Shown in pieces: positions 50,181 to 64,000 of a stretch of 64,000 nucleotides of DNA. The stretch comes from Chrysomallon squamiferum (taxonomy: Eukaryota > Animalia > Mollusca): contig CM022667.1 of NCBI GenBank assembly GCA_012295275.1, positions 19,592,001 to 19,656,000 of the forward strand, in the 5' to 3' direction. The stretch's first letter is position 1, and the number at the start of each line of letters is the position of its first letter. The position numbers were made by a program, and so were the translations under genes. The notes beneath the pieces are model-generated. The model ran no database searches and was not told the DNA's origin. It saw only the letters and a list, made by a program, of their open reading frames with translations.

Positions 50181-53100
50181 ATATATATACACATATACAC
50201 ACATACACAACTTTTTCTCTTTATTTGGCTTATGGCATTATAGCTAATGGTTTGAATTAACATTTTGGGTTTGTTTGTTTTTTTTGTTCTTTTTTTTTTC
50301 TTCTTTTTTTTCACTTCGTGATTGTTTATAATTTGGTTTATGAAATTTTGATTTCAAGTCATTTTAAAAATATTATTGATCATATTTCATAGAGGTTGTT
50401 GATAATCAACAGCAGATGATAATGATTAATCATATCTGATGATTTATCAAAACTGATAATGATTGATAATATTCAGTAATAATTAATCATTTGCTTCTCA
50501 CATGACAGAAATATCAAATGTTTTTGAAACATTAATATTATTAATGAATATTTAAAAACACATTTACATATCAACAGTGAATATTTTTACCATACACATG
50601 TAGTGTTAAATATTTATACATTAAGCCATATGATTTAATCATCATCTTATTTGAATGTTGATCATTTATCTTGATATAAATCTCTCTTGTGTGTTACCAT
50701 ATCTTTTTTTATTTTTTATACTGGCTAATTATTCTAAATTATTTGTAGTTGGTTATTTATTTAGTCATCTTAGAGTTAGAGGTTTTCTAGTAAAATGGTT
50801 GTGAAATGTTTGATTTTCCATTTTTTCTGCTTACTTTGTGCAAGTTTAATTTTTTCTTTACATGATTAACAAGATGTTTCCTGTTCAGCAAGTTCAGATA
50901 GTTTAAATTAAATTTGTGGAGTGGATGCAATACGTCATTTTTTTTTTATAAACTTGTCTCCGAATGACCACATTTTTTTATTTTTATATCTGCCACTGTA
51001 TCCATGACAACGTGATGACCTAATGAGAAAGGATACAATTATATCATTTTTATAGTCTTCCACCATTTTCTTCTAAAGTAAATACTTGATTAAAAAAAAA
51101 ATTTAACAAATATTGAACAAAGATTCAAAATTTAATTTTGATTGTTTTTTTTTCTTTTAAATTTATAATTTGGATATAGCTTTGATGCAGATAGTGGCAA
51201 GAAATATTAATAGATAATCAACAGAAGCATAATAGTTGTTGTTTTCCAAAATCTAAATTCAATTAGATTAGTTAATTTATAGATTGTGAGAATATTTTTG
51301 TACATATGCAAAAACATAAATAATAAATATAATTTTTATAATTTCATATAATCATTGTCTGAATTTAAATGTAATTGAATATAATGTTTAAAAATAATAG
51401 CAAAGCCACTTAAACAGACCCAGAATTTTAAATATCTATTTTAAATTTTATTTAATATATATATATATATATATATATACATATTCCCACCAGATGTTTG
51501 TTTTAGTTTTTTAAGTGACATTTTAATCAGAAATTTCTCTACATTTATCCCTTCCTACTCTTCTGTTCACTGATAATAAAACATTTCATTTAATTAAATA
51601 TCTTAAAGGTGTCAGCATTTTTAAATTCATCACAACTTTTATTTTTTTTAATTAATTAAATATCTTATTAAAAAAATCATCATTTCAAAGATCAAACAAT
51701 CAAGATTTTTTTTGACTTTTACCAGTGAATTTATGAAACAAAACTTATAAATTACAGTTTGTATCATTTTAAAATTAATTTATCGATTTCATGGATGCAT
51801 GCGATTCCCATCATTCAAACTGATTCTTTGATTTTTATCAGAATGTTAATTTGCAGTGTAAACTGGTTAGAAATAACATATGCAGTTATCAAGTGACCTG
51901 TGCTAGAAAGGATGTATTGTGTGTGAAATTTTTGGACAGAGGACACTGAATACATCAAGAAAGTTTTGTAGAAGGTTTTTGTTTACAGCTATTTTTGTCA
52001 GTACAGTTGTATGGTAAAAAGTTTAATTTTGTAACAAAATATCCATCCATGTTGAAAGTGACACATTACAGTTTCTGTGATAGATGGAATGCTGTTCGTC
52101 TTGTAGTCAGACTGAAAACAGTTTTACATTTTTAGTTTACTTCCAGTGATGATTATACTGTGTAATAACACTCACTAGTTAAGTTATCAGTGAAGTCAGA
52201 ATCAACAGTAAACTTGGACTCCAGCTACAAAAAAACTGACATTAAAAGTTAATGTTATCACATGTCAAAGCACATTCAACTGTATTCCACATTAAAATGT
52301 TCTTTTATTAAAAAGATTGCTATCAAAATGTGACAAAAGTAAGTTTAGAAAAAATTGATGTTAGAAAAAGTAATCAAATATGCTGATTGGTGTGATGTAA
52401 TGTATTATTTAACATAATGAAGAAAGAAAATATTTGTCAATTCAGAATTTTATTACACTAGTTTATATACCTTTAGACAAACACACACAAACACAGACAT
52501 TACTTCACATAGTTAACATAACAGGATTAAAGATTCAAATTAAAATTTAAAATTGCCAAAAGAAGAACAATGCAAAAGAATTCTTTATAATAATTAACAA
52601 TTTTAATTTCTTGGAGGCTGTTCAAAGCATTAATTTTCATAGATTTAGGTAACAAAGGACATGAAGGTTACAGAGAACAGTACAACATATCAATGTGAAT
52701 AATAGTAAGTGTTAGTAGAGAACTGCAAACGTTTTCATTGTACGTGTGTGAATAAAAGTTGGTTGTGAGGTCATTTTTTGATCTGCCTTCTATGGCAATA
52801 AATGTACTGTCTTCATTTTTTTTTTTTTTTTTCATTTTTGAAAATAAAATCTTTATTAATAAATTTTGAACTTTGTTGTGTTCATTTAGTTTATAATAAT
52901 TAATTAGTTTTACACATTAAATTCCAGTTATAATAAAAAAAAAACCTATTTTTCTCAATAATTTAATAAAATATTACAATAGCTGTTGGTTGACACATAT
53001 ATGTTCCTTTTTTCACTTTAACAGCAATTTCAATCATTAAAAAATTATTTTTCACTGAAAGGTCAAGTATTAAATAATTACATAATACTTGTACCACTAT

Positions 53101-53591
53101 CAGTTCAATCTGTGCAAAATGTCACGTATTCTTCAAATAAGATTACTTGCACGGAATTTATATTTTTGTCAACACCACTTACATTTTATATATATACAGA
53201 TATAAATAAATACCTGTTTGATTTTGTGTTTGCTTTTGACTCAGGTTTTAACTCCGTTTATTAAATTAAAATATGTGACACTTCCCTATTGCTTTTTTCA
53301 AACACTCACAAAATGAAGAACTCTTTTAACATTACAAGGAATAAACAATTTCATCAATTTTTTTTTCTGTTTTGATAATATATTTGTGTTAGATCAAATA
53401 TCCAAGCATGAATGGTATACAAGCTGTTGGTTTTAGTTTTGTACCTGCATTCTCACATAAAACACATGCTTAATCTATTGCTTCTGAAAAACAACAATAA
53501 CAGTGTTAAAAAAAAAAAAAGTTTTATTACAATTTGTTTTGTTTTCTAACAGTCACTCACAAACAAATAACACTATAGTGTGAAAAATGAA

Positions 53592-54332
53592 TCAGGATTT
53601 TTGTGATTTCTGTGCTGACTGGTTGTCATCTGCTGGGATTTCCCACTCTATTGGTCTGTCGTAACCCATCATCTGAATGTACGCCTCCTTGCTCAAGAAA
53701 AAATTTCTGTCCATGAACAGTGCTCTCCCTTTGACTACCACTGACGTGAACATTCCAGGAATGTCAGGCACAATGACATCCTCTGGTATAAACTGAATTT
53801 CTTTTCTTCTCAGTAAGAAACTGATAGTGGCAGCAGTGAAGACATTTTTGTCTTTGTTCCAGTAGCAATCTGTGACATATTTTTTGGTCACCCAGTGGAT
53901 CAGTAACGGTGTAATAAAAACAAAAAACCCTACTGTTGTACCCACAGCAAGTTTGGCTATTAATGAATGCCCCTCAGAGTGCAGGATCAAATATGGCTGC
54001 AAGCAGAGGCCAATGATGCTTGTTGATAAAGAAAACATCTTTACTCCTTTAATCATTTTCCCAAGTGGGGCTCCATAAATAAGATCTCCTTTTTCAGGGT
54101 CGTTCATTGGCATTAACGTTAATGGGTCAACTTCTGTGCTGTGACGTCTTTTGGTCAGTGTGAATGTTCTGTTTGACTTGCATAGATTTGTCACACATGT
54201 TGTCTCTGACCGAAAACAAACTTGTCTGCTGTTTGTCTGTTTGAAAATAGGAACACAACAAACTCTGCTATGATAGTGATGTGCTGAATACTGAAATAGA
54301 GTTCTAATAACTCGTGTCCTTGGAAAATACAT
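53592..54332 (-). CDS. TMEM70: Transmembrane protein 70 homolog (mitochondrial ATP synthase assembly factor), ~246 aa
   Basis: Arg-rich presequence-like N-terminus; LIYGAPLGKMIKGVKMFSLSTS, two TM segments, TPLLIHWVTKKYV, F.PEDV.VP...MFTS typical of TMEM70. ATG at 54332 lies 6 nt after a ttttcag acceptor (exon starts at 54338). Confidence 0.9.
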   Translation of the reverse strand: MYFPRTRVIRTLFQYSAHHYHSRVCCVPIFKQTNSRQVCFRSETTCVTNLCKSNRTFTLTKRRHSTEVDPLTLMPMNDPEKGDLIYGAPLGKMIKGVKMFSLSTSIIGLCLQPYLILHSEGHSLIAKLAVGTTVGFFVFITPLLIHWVTKKYVTDCYWNKDKNVFTAATISFLLRRKEIQFIPEDVIVPDIPGMFTSVVVKGRALFMDRNFFLSKEAYIQMMGYDRPIEWEIPADDNQSAQKSQKS

Positions 54333-54708
54333 TGTCACCTGAAAAGAATAAATAAACAGGATAATTTCAACATACTTTCACAACTACAACAGTATAGAAT
54401 TGTTCTGATTTATATTCATATACAGAATTTAAAACATTAAAGTTCAAATGTTTTATTTTTTACACACACACACATATATATATATATTCTATTTTGAATG
54501 CATTCATTTACAATAATTTAATTAAACTGCCTTCAGATATTATTTGAACACTGTGAATATGATTATATATTCTGTTCTAAATATTCTAAATGTTAGCGTC
54601 AACTAGATCTCTCATATTTTGATCTCCCTTGTACCTATAGATATAGTAACAGTAGATCAAGTCAGGACAAACTTTTTCATTTATCATTCAGTACGATCAA
54701 TGGGTAAA

Positions 54709-54739
<31 letters not shown>

Positions 54740-55000
54740 GCACAAAGAAACTGAGAAATGTTGAAGGATATAAAATCATATATCTTCTTTGCAATTTTTA
54801 AGCCGTTTATTATATTTTTATTTATTTATTTATTTTTATTTTATTATTATTATTATTTTACCACAAGATGTATTATTAAATATTTTCTGGTATTCTATAA
54901 ATCATCATATGAAACTGAGCTTTCTGCTAGTGGGACAAATAAATAAAATAAGAAATGACATTCAAAGTGCGATAGCCGACAGTATCGAATATCTGATCAT

Positions 55001-55024
55001 GTTTTACCGCTGCAAATGGCGGTG
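55001..55024 (-). promoter_or_regulatory. Candidate TMEM70 promoter / short 5'UTR exon (YY1-like CCGCCATTTG, then donor CG|gtaaaa)
   Basis: CpG-containing patch ~670 bp upstream of the TMEM70 acceptor. Confidence 0.4.
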
Positions 55025-57031
55025 AAATAGTTTACATGTGTGACTGATTTATACGTGCCATAACAATTATTAAAAATATATAGAAATACCATTAAAAATA
55101 TATATATTAGTTCATTCGCAAATACTCAGAAATAAAAAAAAATAATAATACAGTAAAACACACAAGTTCTTGATGAAACACAAACACCACTCTTCTGCTG
55201 GGGAGGTTTAAAATTCAACGTTGGCATTGGTTTATGACAGTCGTAAAATAAATATTTTTATTTTTTATTTTATTTTTGGTTTAATTTTGTCATTATGTTG
55301 ATAATAATTATCAAAGATTTACCCATGTCTCAAATAACAAATGTGATATAGAAAATATTATTTATTACGACTTTCGTGATCTCAATCCATAATTACATTT
55401 TGTTTCTTTTAATTATCATTATTATCTAAATATTTTATAACTTAAAATATATATTTAAATAATAAAATAAAATAAATAAATAAAAATTATACATTTTCAT
55501 TTGTTTATAAGTAGATGTATACATGTAATCTGGGTGAAGGTTTTAAACGATTGGCCATTATTTATTTTATCATTTTCTTTCAGTAATATCAAATATTTTC
55601 CAGGATTTGTTTATTTTTTTTCACATTTTGCTTTTTTATTATTATTTCCGCCCTTTCCAATGGGCTGGAATTTTTAAATATTTGTGGAATAAAAACAAAA
55701 TAAATGATAACAATACTTTTGTATTATACACATAGTGATTTTATCCAATGGTAAATGGCATGTCTGTGTTTCAATAAACACCTGGGCAGTATCGATCAAG
55801 GTGTGTTTAATGAAACAAATATATTTTATATTAATGCAAATTTAGTAGAAAGAGTGAAATTAAAACTAAAATAAACAAAGAAACAAATAATAATAATGAT
55901 GACGATGATGATGACGATGTCCTGTGTGTAGAATAATTTAAAAAGACTAATGAATGCTGGTGATACCCGAAATAATAAAAACTGATGGACACTGATTTTT
56001 ATTTCATAAAAGTATTTGAAATCGATTACAATTTAATTTGAAAATAATAAAATTCAGAATAATTCAAGTAAATTACAACAGTGGTGAAGATGAGCATTAG
56101 AGCTTCAGTATTTATTTGCCAGTTATTAAACCACATTATTTGACTATTTCAAAACATTTTATTTTTAAGAATGGTTATCAAAACAAAATATGTAAAATGC
56201 AATTAAAAACATGTTTTTCACACACAGTCCCACCAAATGATCACTTTATTTTTGAATTTGTATTTGCTGCAGAATATAAATATTTTAAACTGCTTCTGTA
56301 ACTGCAAACTAATATTTTCCTGAATTATCATTTTAGAGTTATTTCTCTTCCATAGATGAGTGATTTCCATATATTCCATGTTTAGTTATGTAATCATGTT
56401 TCGCCAGTTCCATAAAAATAGTGGCCATGATACTTTATGTTTGATGCATAAAATTACCTCTTATAACATATTAATATAGATTGATCAAATTAAAATTTAT
56501 AAATCATTTCTTTAGATATATTTACTATTATCTTTTATTCACAAGTTTTCATTCAAACAATAAAAATAAAGGCAATTTTGCTAAATTTATGGTCAAAATT
56601 AATGAAGAATATCTAACAAATAAAAATAACAAAAATGTTAATAATAGTGTAGTGAATGATACCAATAGACTTTTATTTTAATAATATATTTAATTTGAAT
56701 AATCTCATTTACTTGTAAATTACACTAGAGATTTAGTAATTTTCACCAGACTCTAGTACATGTAATTATCAGCTGACCGTATTACCTAGCTTCAGCTGAC
56801 ACTGGAATGAAGTTTATCTATCACTCACAAAAATACACTGAATTTATAAGATGTAAATGTTTAAAATCTAATACACACGTTGTGTAGTTTTTTTTTGTTG
56901 ATAAGAGAGATTTAAACATTAACTGACATTGTGTCTTATATAACCAATAATAATGCTGAATTTTTGGCAAAGTGTTTTATATATATATATATATATATAT
57001 ACACATAAAGTAATTGTTATAAAAAATATTG

Positions 57032-58911
57032 TTAAGTTTTCTTCATTTTTTTCCAAACAGGAGCATGGTCATCATCAGTCTTTTCTTTCTCAGGTTCCTG
57101 GAACACTGGATTTGGCTGAGTTTTTTTGTAAGCTGGATCCACCCAGTAAGGATTCTTTGCAGCTTCTTCAGCATGTCTCAGAATTGCTCCACGAGGATCA
57201 TTTTCCCAGACATCTGGTTTTCTTTTAGCCAGAGTCTGAGCAACATACTGAGACAGGGTTGCACCTTTAGCACCAACTCGGCCTCCTGTACCTGGGCCAT
57301 AGATGGGCAGATCAGGTCTGTGACTTTTAATTGGATCTTTTCTCAGTTTCTCCTCATGTTTTCTGGTATTGGAAGGCCGTGAGACTCTGAACATTGGCAA
57401 TGCATATGGAGTAATTATGGTTTGTGATGCCATCACTTGAGCTTGTTTAGATTTTCTCTTTTGTTTCACAACACAAAGCATTGCACCACGTTGACTCATT
57501 TGTGGATCATAAAAGAGATGCACCTGACCATCTGCACATCCAACAACAATCTGATTGAGCTTAGGATGCCAGAGAGCTCTAACAACACTTGAGTCACTAA
57601 TTTCCATTTCAGTTACTTTGCTCAAAGTACGGGTTTCAAAAAATAGCAGTCGACCCTTTTCTGTTCCCTTTCTAACAGAGATTCCTGTGATGATCATCTT
57701 ATCATCTGGACTGAAAACACAGTCTGTCATTGGAAACATATTAGTGAGATTATTAACAACACAAAGAGGATCTCGAAACTTTCTTATGTCCCATAACTTC
57801 AGTGTGTCATCTCCACCTCTTGAAGCTAGGATTTGTCCACTGTATGAGAAACAGATGCAGGATGTATCAGTTCCTGAAGTATGAGCTTTTTTGTTTTGTA
57901 TAACTGGATACACAAATGTATGTTTGTTCTGGTCCCACATCTGAATTGATCCATCTTGGCATGCTGCTGCAATGTACTTCCCATCTCTGCTGTATGTACA
58001 GACTGTTGGAACTGTTCTTCGTCCTCCATTTCCTTTTGGCTTTATTATATTTTTATGTTTTTTCTCATTGTTCACATCCCACAATCTGACAGTACAGTCA
58101 TTACTACAAGTGATAAACTCTTCTCGAATCTTTGGATTCCAACTGCCACTATTTAACATGGCTGTATGGCCTTTGGTGCTAGCCATGTCAACAATATACT
58201 GGTCTCCTTTAACGCACTCTATCAATTCATGTCCATCACGGTCTAGAACTTTTGCTTGAGCATTTCCTGCAACAACTAAAATTTTATCACCAGTACTGCT
58301 ATATTGCAGTGAACGTATTTGATGCCATTCACATGGCCTAACATTCCTGAAAGCTTGCAATGAGGCATCCATTCCTGCAAAATCAAAGAATTTCACGTCG
58401 TAATCATATCCTCCTGAAACAAGTCTAGCACCAGATGGATCAAGAGCAAGTCCAGACACTGTTTTTGTTCCATGTTCCAAAACAATTTCATAGCTTGTTG
58501 GAATTTTCTTTTCTAGATTATTCCCTCTTCCTCTTCTTCATCATCAGAATCCTCATCAGTTTTGTGTGTTTCTCGAGTTTGTGATTCAGTATTGTTATCG
58601 AAATTAGTCGTTGGTGGCATGGGCGGTCCAATAACATCGTCTTCATCACTGTTATCGTCAGAACTGTGTTGTACTTCAGTAGGGATAGGTGGTCCGATGA
58701 TTTCTTCATTCTCTTTCTGTCTTTCATTGTCTAAATGTTTATCTGAATCGTCTGCTGAATTCGGTTTTGTAATATGTACATTAGAAACAGACACAGTTAC
58801 GTCCCCTTCATCTGTGCTTTGGCTGTCTTGAGTTCTTTCGACTGCAGTTTGTCTTGCTTGCTGAAACATTTCCATAAAATCAAAAGTTCTTGCCTTTTTA
58901 TTAGAAGCCAT
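57032..58911 (-). CDS. WDR70: WD repeat-containing protein 70 (GAD-1 homolog), intronless CDS with one 1-bp frameshift, ~626 aa
   Basis: N-terminal KKARTFD...MF and acidic IGPP repeats (ORF 58513-58911), joined by +1 G at 58523-58525 to HGTKTVS.LALDPSGARL.SGG.DY, KGDQYI.DM..TKGH, SRGGDDTLKLWDIR, WHPKLNQI, TPYALPMFR, PRGAILRHA (ORF 57032-58480). Confidence 0.93.
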
Positions 58912-58929
58912 TTTATTCGTGTAATTTAT

Positions 58930-59040
58930 TACCTGTCAGCCCTTCTAATAACGCAGACACAACGTCCAAAGAAATAACACAATCTTAGCACTTCCGGAAA
59001 AGTAACTCGGTCGTTTTGCCTAAGCGAGAACGAATGATCT
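58930..59040 (-). promoter_or_regulatory. WDR70 proximal promoter with ETS motif (ACTTCCGG 58990-58997)
   Basis: CCGGAAGT on the - strand ~80 bp upstream of the ATG, in a CpG-containing patch. Confidence 0.5.
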
Positions 59041-59705
59041 CAACAAACACTTTTATTTTCATTTATTATTATTATTATAATTATTATTATTATATACGAT
59101 CGCAACAACATTACTGTTACATTTCTTTTACACGAATATACACAAATAAAAATTTTCACAAGTAAAAAAATTTATGTTAAATAATAAAATTATAAAACAG
59201 TTGATAAATCCGTATTTCTATTAGTATTTCAACTATTTGTCATATAATAGATATACGTATCAATTATTACTAAAATGTTCGTTTCAGAAACAAATTATCA
59301 ACAGTTTTTATATTCATCATGTTTTATATTTTCCTACGTTTACAGTAATTAACTGTAAATTAATGTTTTTACACGAATGTTTAAAAAAATAATAATAAAT
59401 AAATAAAAATAATAATAACTCATTGAAAAACGGAATTCTTAATGGACCTAATAAACTGTATTTTAAAAATAATTTAATTTTTTGTTTTATTAAAATTAGA
59501 TTTGAATCTTCAGTACATACCACGTTTTGTTATACCAGTTGGCTGATAAGAGAAATGGCTCAGTGGATGACCCACAGATGCTCTATCACTTCATTCACAC
59601 TAATCATGAGCCACTGTGATTAAATAACATGAAAGTGTGTTAAATAATTAATATATAAACTACATAAAGGTGTGAAAATAACCTCAGTAGTTTAGTTTTG
59701 GTTAA

Positions 59706-59752
<47 letters not shown>

Positions 59753-62019
59753 GTATATACATGTATGTGTATGTTTTTTGTTGCATGCATAAACAAATAT
59801 CATTATTACTTTTAAAAAATGTATAAAATGAAAACCATTATTTAAATATTTATGTTAAACAAATTAAATAAATAAATCTATATTGTCATTATTGAGAGAT
59901 TTTCCTCATTATTACATATTAATTATCTACTAAAATGTATGATACAGAAATAGTTACAATCAGTATTCATGTAAACCATATTTGTGTAATTTCACATATT
60001 TATAGATTTTAACTACAAACTAAAATGGAGGAGTTTTTGGGGGCAAGGGTTGTGTATTTTTTAAAAAGAATATCTCAATCCAATATACCATGTGGTTGGG
60101 GATGTGAATGTATGTTTGTATGTTTGTGTGTGTCAGTTTTTGTGTGCATATATAAATAATAAGTCTTTGCACATTTGGAGGTAGGCATGTTTAGGTGTAT
60201 GTTTTATTTTAAATGTCTGAATAAAAGGTGATAATTATAGAAATATAACAAGTGAAACGAGTAAAAGTTAATTTATTTTTATTACATCTCTGCTTTTGCA
60301 GTAGAATACATTGCAATAAAACATAATTATTTTATTTAAACAGTAAAATATATAACATATATATCATACAAGACGTTAGTCTGTGTACAACAGAAAATAT
60401 TAATATGGTGTTGATTACACACTGGTTCATTGTATATTATTTTATTTACTCTAACTGAAACAGATTAGATTGTTGTTGTTTAAAAATGTTTTGGACAAAA
60501 ACACCCTGACTCAAATATATTTCATTTTGACAACATGAGTTACACTGAAGAATTGGTAATTATGTTTTTCTTTTTATATATATAAATACACAAACAGAGT
60601 ATAAAGTAAAAATAAAAATAATAAAAAGGTCACTCTTTTATTGCATTGAATGGAATGTTTTCCTGTCAGACTTGAAAGGAAAATATAATTTTTATTTCTA
60701 AAACTGATAAATATGGAGGATAATATAAGGCACAAATTACAAACAGGAATGTGTGTAAAATACAGTTACAAATAATGATACTACTATTGAAACTGGAATG
60801 TTTGTAAAATGTAAAGTTACAAACAACGATTACAAAAATAAAAATGGGTATAATATGAAAAACTATACAATTACAAATGGTGATACAAAAGAACAAACTA
60901 GAAATTAAAAATTATTAAATAGAAACCTACAGTATGCTTATAATAACAAATAAAATGTATATAATGAAACTAATATTTACAAATATTATATAAAATAAGA
61001 CATACCTGTATTATATAAAATTAATAAACTACATATATTTAAATCTACAGTCTTTATTTTATATTCTCCTGATTATGGCACACTATGATAAAGATTATAT
61101 TTCTCCTCCTTATAGTGAGAGAAAAAAAGAAGACATACACTATATATATATACATGTTAAATCTTTAATAATAAAAAAAATGTGAGTATTTTTGTTTTCA
61201 TTTTAACTACAACTCCTGCACAATTAGAATTTCAGTCATCCACATCACCTTTTTTAATCAGAATCATTTCTTAAACACAATGTATAGAATTGTTGTAGTT
61301 ATTTATAGTTTTTATTACTATTGGTTCATTATGCACTTTAATATAATATCATTCTGGCATTATTCAAGATGTCGACCAATATTATTTTATTACACCTGTG
61401 ACCTACTAACACATTTCCCATGCTGCACTAAGCAATCTAATATTTCAAGAATCTTTGTAAATAAATTCTGTATTGATTGTGACACTGAATTAAATAATGG
61501 GTTATTCTACAAGCTGTTATAAGTAGCATTCTCTAACAAACACATACACACTCATTTACAAAACACACATTCAATCTAACAACTACTGAGCATATATATA
61601 TAAATGTTAAAATTTATGATCAAACATTCTTTCCAACTACACTTGCTAGTTGCAGTTACTGAAAGCTGGGTTATATCTGTATCTGAATAGTACACATTAT
61701 CAATGAAATATTAATGCTGACCTATTACTATATTACTATGCTGCAAGTCAGAACAAATTTTTATAAAAATAAACATTCTTAATTAGCAATTATTTGTTTT
61801 AACAGATGTGTTAATTAACAGTAATATTGTTAATGGTAATTCACACAACATAACTGGCTATTATGATATATATTTTACTTTCTTCATTTATTTTTAATGT
61901 TTTAGTTTGAGTGAAAAAATCAACTATCACAGTATTAATCTTATTTTGGGTTATACTTTAAGTATTACTTGCAGATTATAGGTCCTATATATTTATATAT
62001 TTTTTTATTATATTTTTAA

Positions 62020-62065
<46 letters not shown>

Positions 62066-62914
62066 ATTCGTGTTATTATTATTATAATTTTGATATCTTG
62101 ATTAATAATGAAGTACAACAACAAAAGAATATAGTTTCAAAGTAATGCCATATTTGCATCATTGTATGTTCACTTCAATTAAAAAAAAAAAAAATGGTTG
62201 TACTAAAAACAAACAAGGTGAAAACCTCAGTGACAGCTGAACACAGGAAGTGTCTGACGAAGACGCTGATGTCACAAACCTGAGACATGCCTAATGATAA
62301 CTACCTTGTGAACACAACCAAAAGTTGAACTAGTTAAAAGTTAAAAATACCCTCATAATTAACTGCATCCTGGTATTTACACTTTAAATGACAATACCTT
62401 CTGTACATCTTCAGAATATTTATTGTTTAAAGTACAGTTAAATTTTTAAAGTTTATAATAAATGCTTATTTAACAAAATATATATATATATATTCAGAAT
62501 AACTATGTAAAAGTGTACTTGTTATGAAAACACTCAAAACTTTGTTGTCATTTTTATCTCCCAGACAAATTAATTTCCCTTAAAAACACTTCTTTAAATA
62601 ATGTTACTTGAGTTGAAAAAAGTCAAGGTAACAGGCCAATGAACTTGTGTACAAAATATCAGCCAGATTTAATCTTGTAGACAGCCATAATTTTGTTCTT
62701 CTTTTTTTTTCTTTTTCTGTTTAGATTTTTGGTTAAGATATGCCAGAGTATAAAACTGATGTTTTTGTTAGCTAATAACCAGCTTATTTTCAATAGGGCC
62801 ACAAGTCATTTGATGAATCTGTTCTGTAACTCATCTCCAGAAACTGATACTATATACACTTGTGTCAGTATCTAAGATATATACACACATGAGCACAGTT
62901 TTCAACTCCTCATT

Positions 62915-63215
62915 TAGCTGAACTCAAACACTGTAAGGTCTAGTCAGTTCAAAACTCAAACTGCACAACACTGTCAGTTTAAAAATCAAATTGAACAAAT
63001 TGTCAGTTCAAAAATCAAAATGGACAAATTGTCAGTTCAAAAATCAAACTGAATAACTTTTGCACTGCCAGTTCAAAACACAAACTGTACAATCTAGTCA
63101 GTTCAAAATTCAAAACTGAAAGTGTATCATCTAGTCAGGTCAAAATTCAAGCTACACAATCTAATCAGTTCAAAATACAATCCTACAAACTAATTACTGA
63201 GTTCCAAACTCAACC
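62915..63215 (+). repeat. degenerate ~30-35-bp minisatellite
   Basis: gtcagttcaaaa(a/c)tcaaa repeated ~8 times. Confidence 0.75.
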
Positions 63216-63917
63216 ATGCATAACTTGTTTAATGTTAGGATTCCAGAGTTTTGTAAAATTACTCGTACATATCTCAACAAACTCTATTTATGATTAACAC
63301 TGTAAAGAGCCACCAAATAATTTTTTGACTAGAATCTCCCTTTAAAGAATATTTCATGAAAATATTTCTTAGAAGAGTAGTCACAGTCTAATAAGAATGG
63401 ATACTAAAGAAACTGCATTTAATCCCTAAACCCTTGAGACCAGAACAGAAACTCTTTTCAACATCTTTGTCTGTGCTGAATTAAACTGAATTTTCTAGAA
63501 CAAATCTCTCTAGAATAAGGCTGAAACAGAAGTTTTAAAGTATGCATAATTTAAATTCACTCTCATTTGCTGCATAGTTTTACTGGCTTTACCATATTCT
63601 TATTTAAAAAAACAAACAAAAAAAATGTCCTTCTTTGTAGAGTCAGTACCATAACAATTATTTTAAAAAATCGTCTCATTACTAGTTGATATAATGTCCT
63701 AATGTCCACAATAACAGTAACAAATATCTTAATTAATTTTAAAAATATATATACTTCCCTTTATATTTATTTTAAAATATTTTTCTGGATATGTAACACC
63801 TAGTCAAAAAGTAATAGCAAAATAACCCCCATGTAAAATAATGAAATCATTAAATAGATTGTCTTCTGTATCACAGATCATTTTATAGTTTATTAGTTTG
63901 ATGTTTCTTGACACTAA

Positions 63918-64000
63918 GAAATATCCAATATTACATGTCAGAATATTTAATACAGGAAATATCCAATATTCCATGTCATAATATTTACTATAGGAATATC
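63918..64000 (+). repeat. ~39-bp tandem repeat running off the window end
   Basis: gaaatatccaatattacatgtcagaatatttaatacag, 2+ copies. Confidence 0.7.

Noticed and set aside
57555-58259. Plus-strand ORFs over WDR70 (and similar antisense ORFs over cadherin exons)
   Set aside because: Antisense shadows of real coding sequence.
59536-59600. tRNA/SINE-like fragments (tggctcagtgg here; B-box-like words near 870 and 12245)
   Set aside because: No cloverleaf, no paired A/B boxes, no tail or target-site duplication.

Overview
AT-rich, microsatellite-dense animal genomic DNA; intron style and gene content suggest an invertebrate, probably a mollusc or other lophotrochozoan (inference). The window holds three protein-coding genes. 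(1) A complete 36-coding-exon type-III (N-cadherin-like) classical cadherin on + (13663-48162, about 2742 aa by summing my exon calls): signal peptide, furin site, about 16 EC repeats, non-chordate/SEA-like domain, EGF-LamG-EGF-LamG-EGF-EGF, TM, and a p120/beta-catenin-binding tail. (2) TMEM70 on - with its CDS in one exon. (3) WDR70 on - with an intronless CDS. Three frameshifts, two in the cadherin and one in WDR70, are each repaired by adding one G to a G-run and look like assembly errors. The most unusual signal is that about ten mutually unrelated intronic minisatellites are anchored on cadherin exon boundaries, with units copied from that boundary's own splice site. One array is an inverted copy of the exon end plus donor, and one offers an in-frame +8 aa alternative donor. 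The first 13.6 kb has no gene I can support, but it looks CpG-rich by eye and carries CRE/E-box motif clusters. All coordinates and copy numbers were read by hand; copy numbers are approximate.
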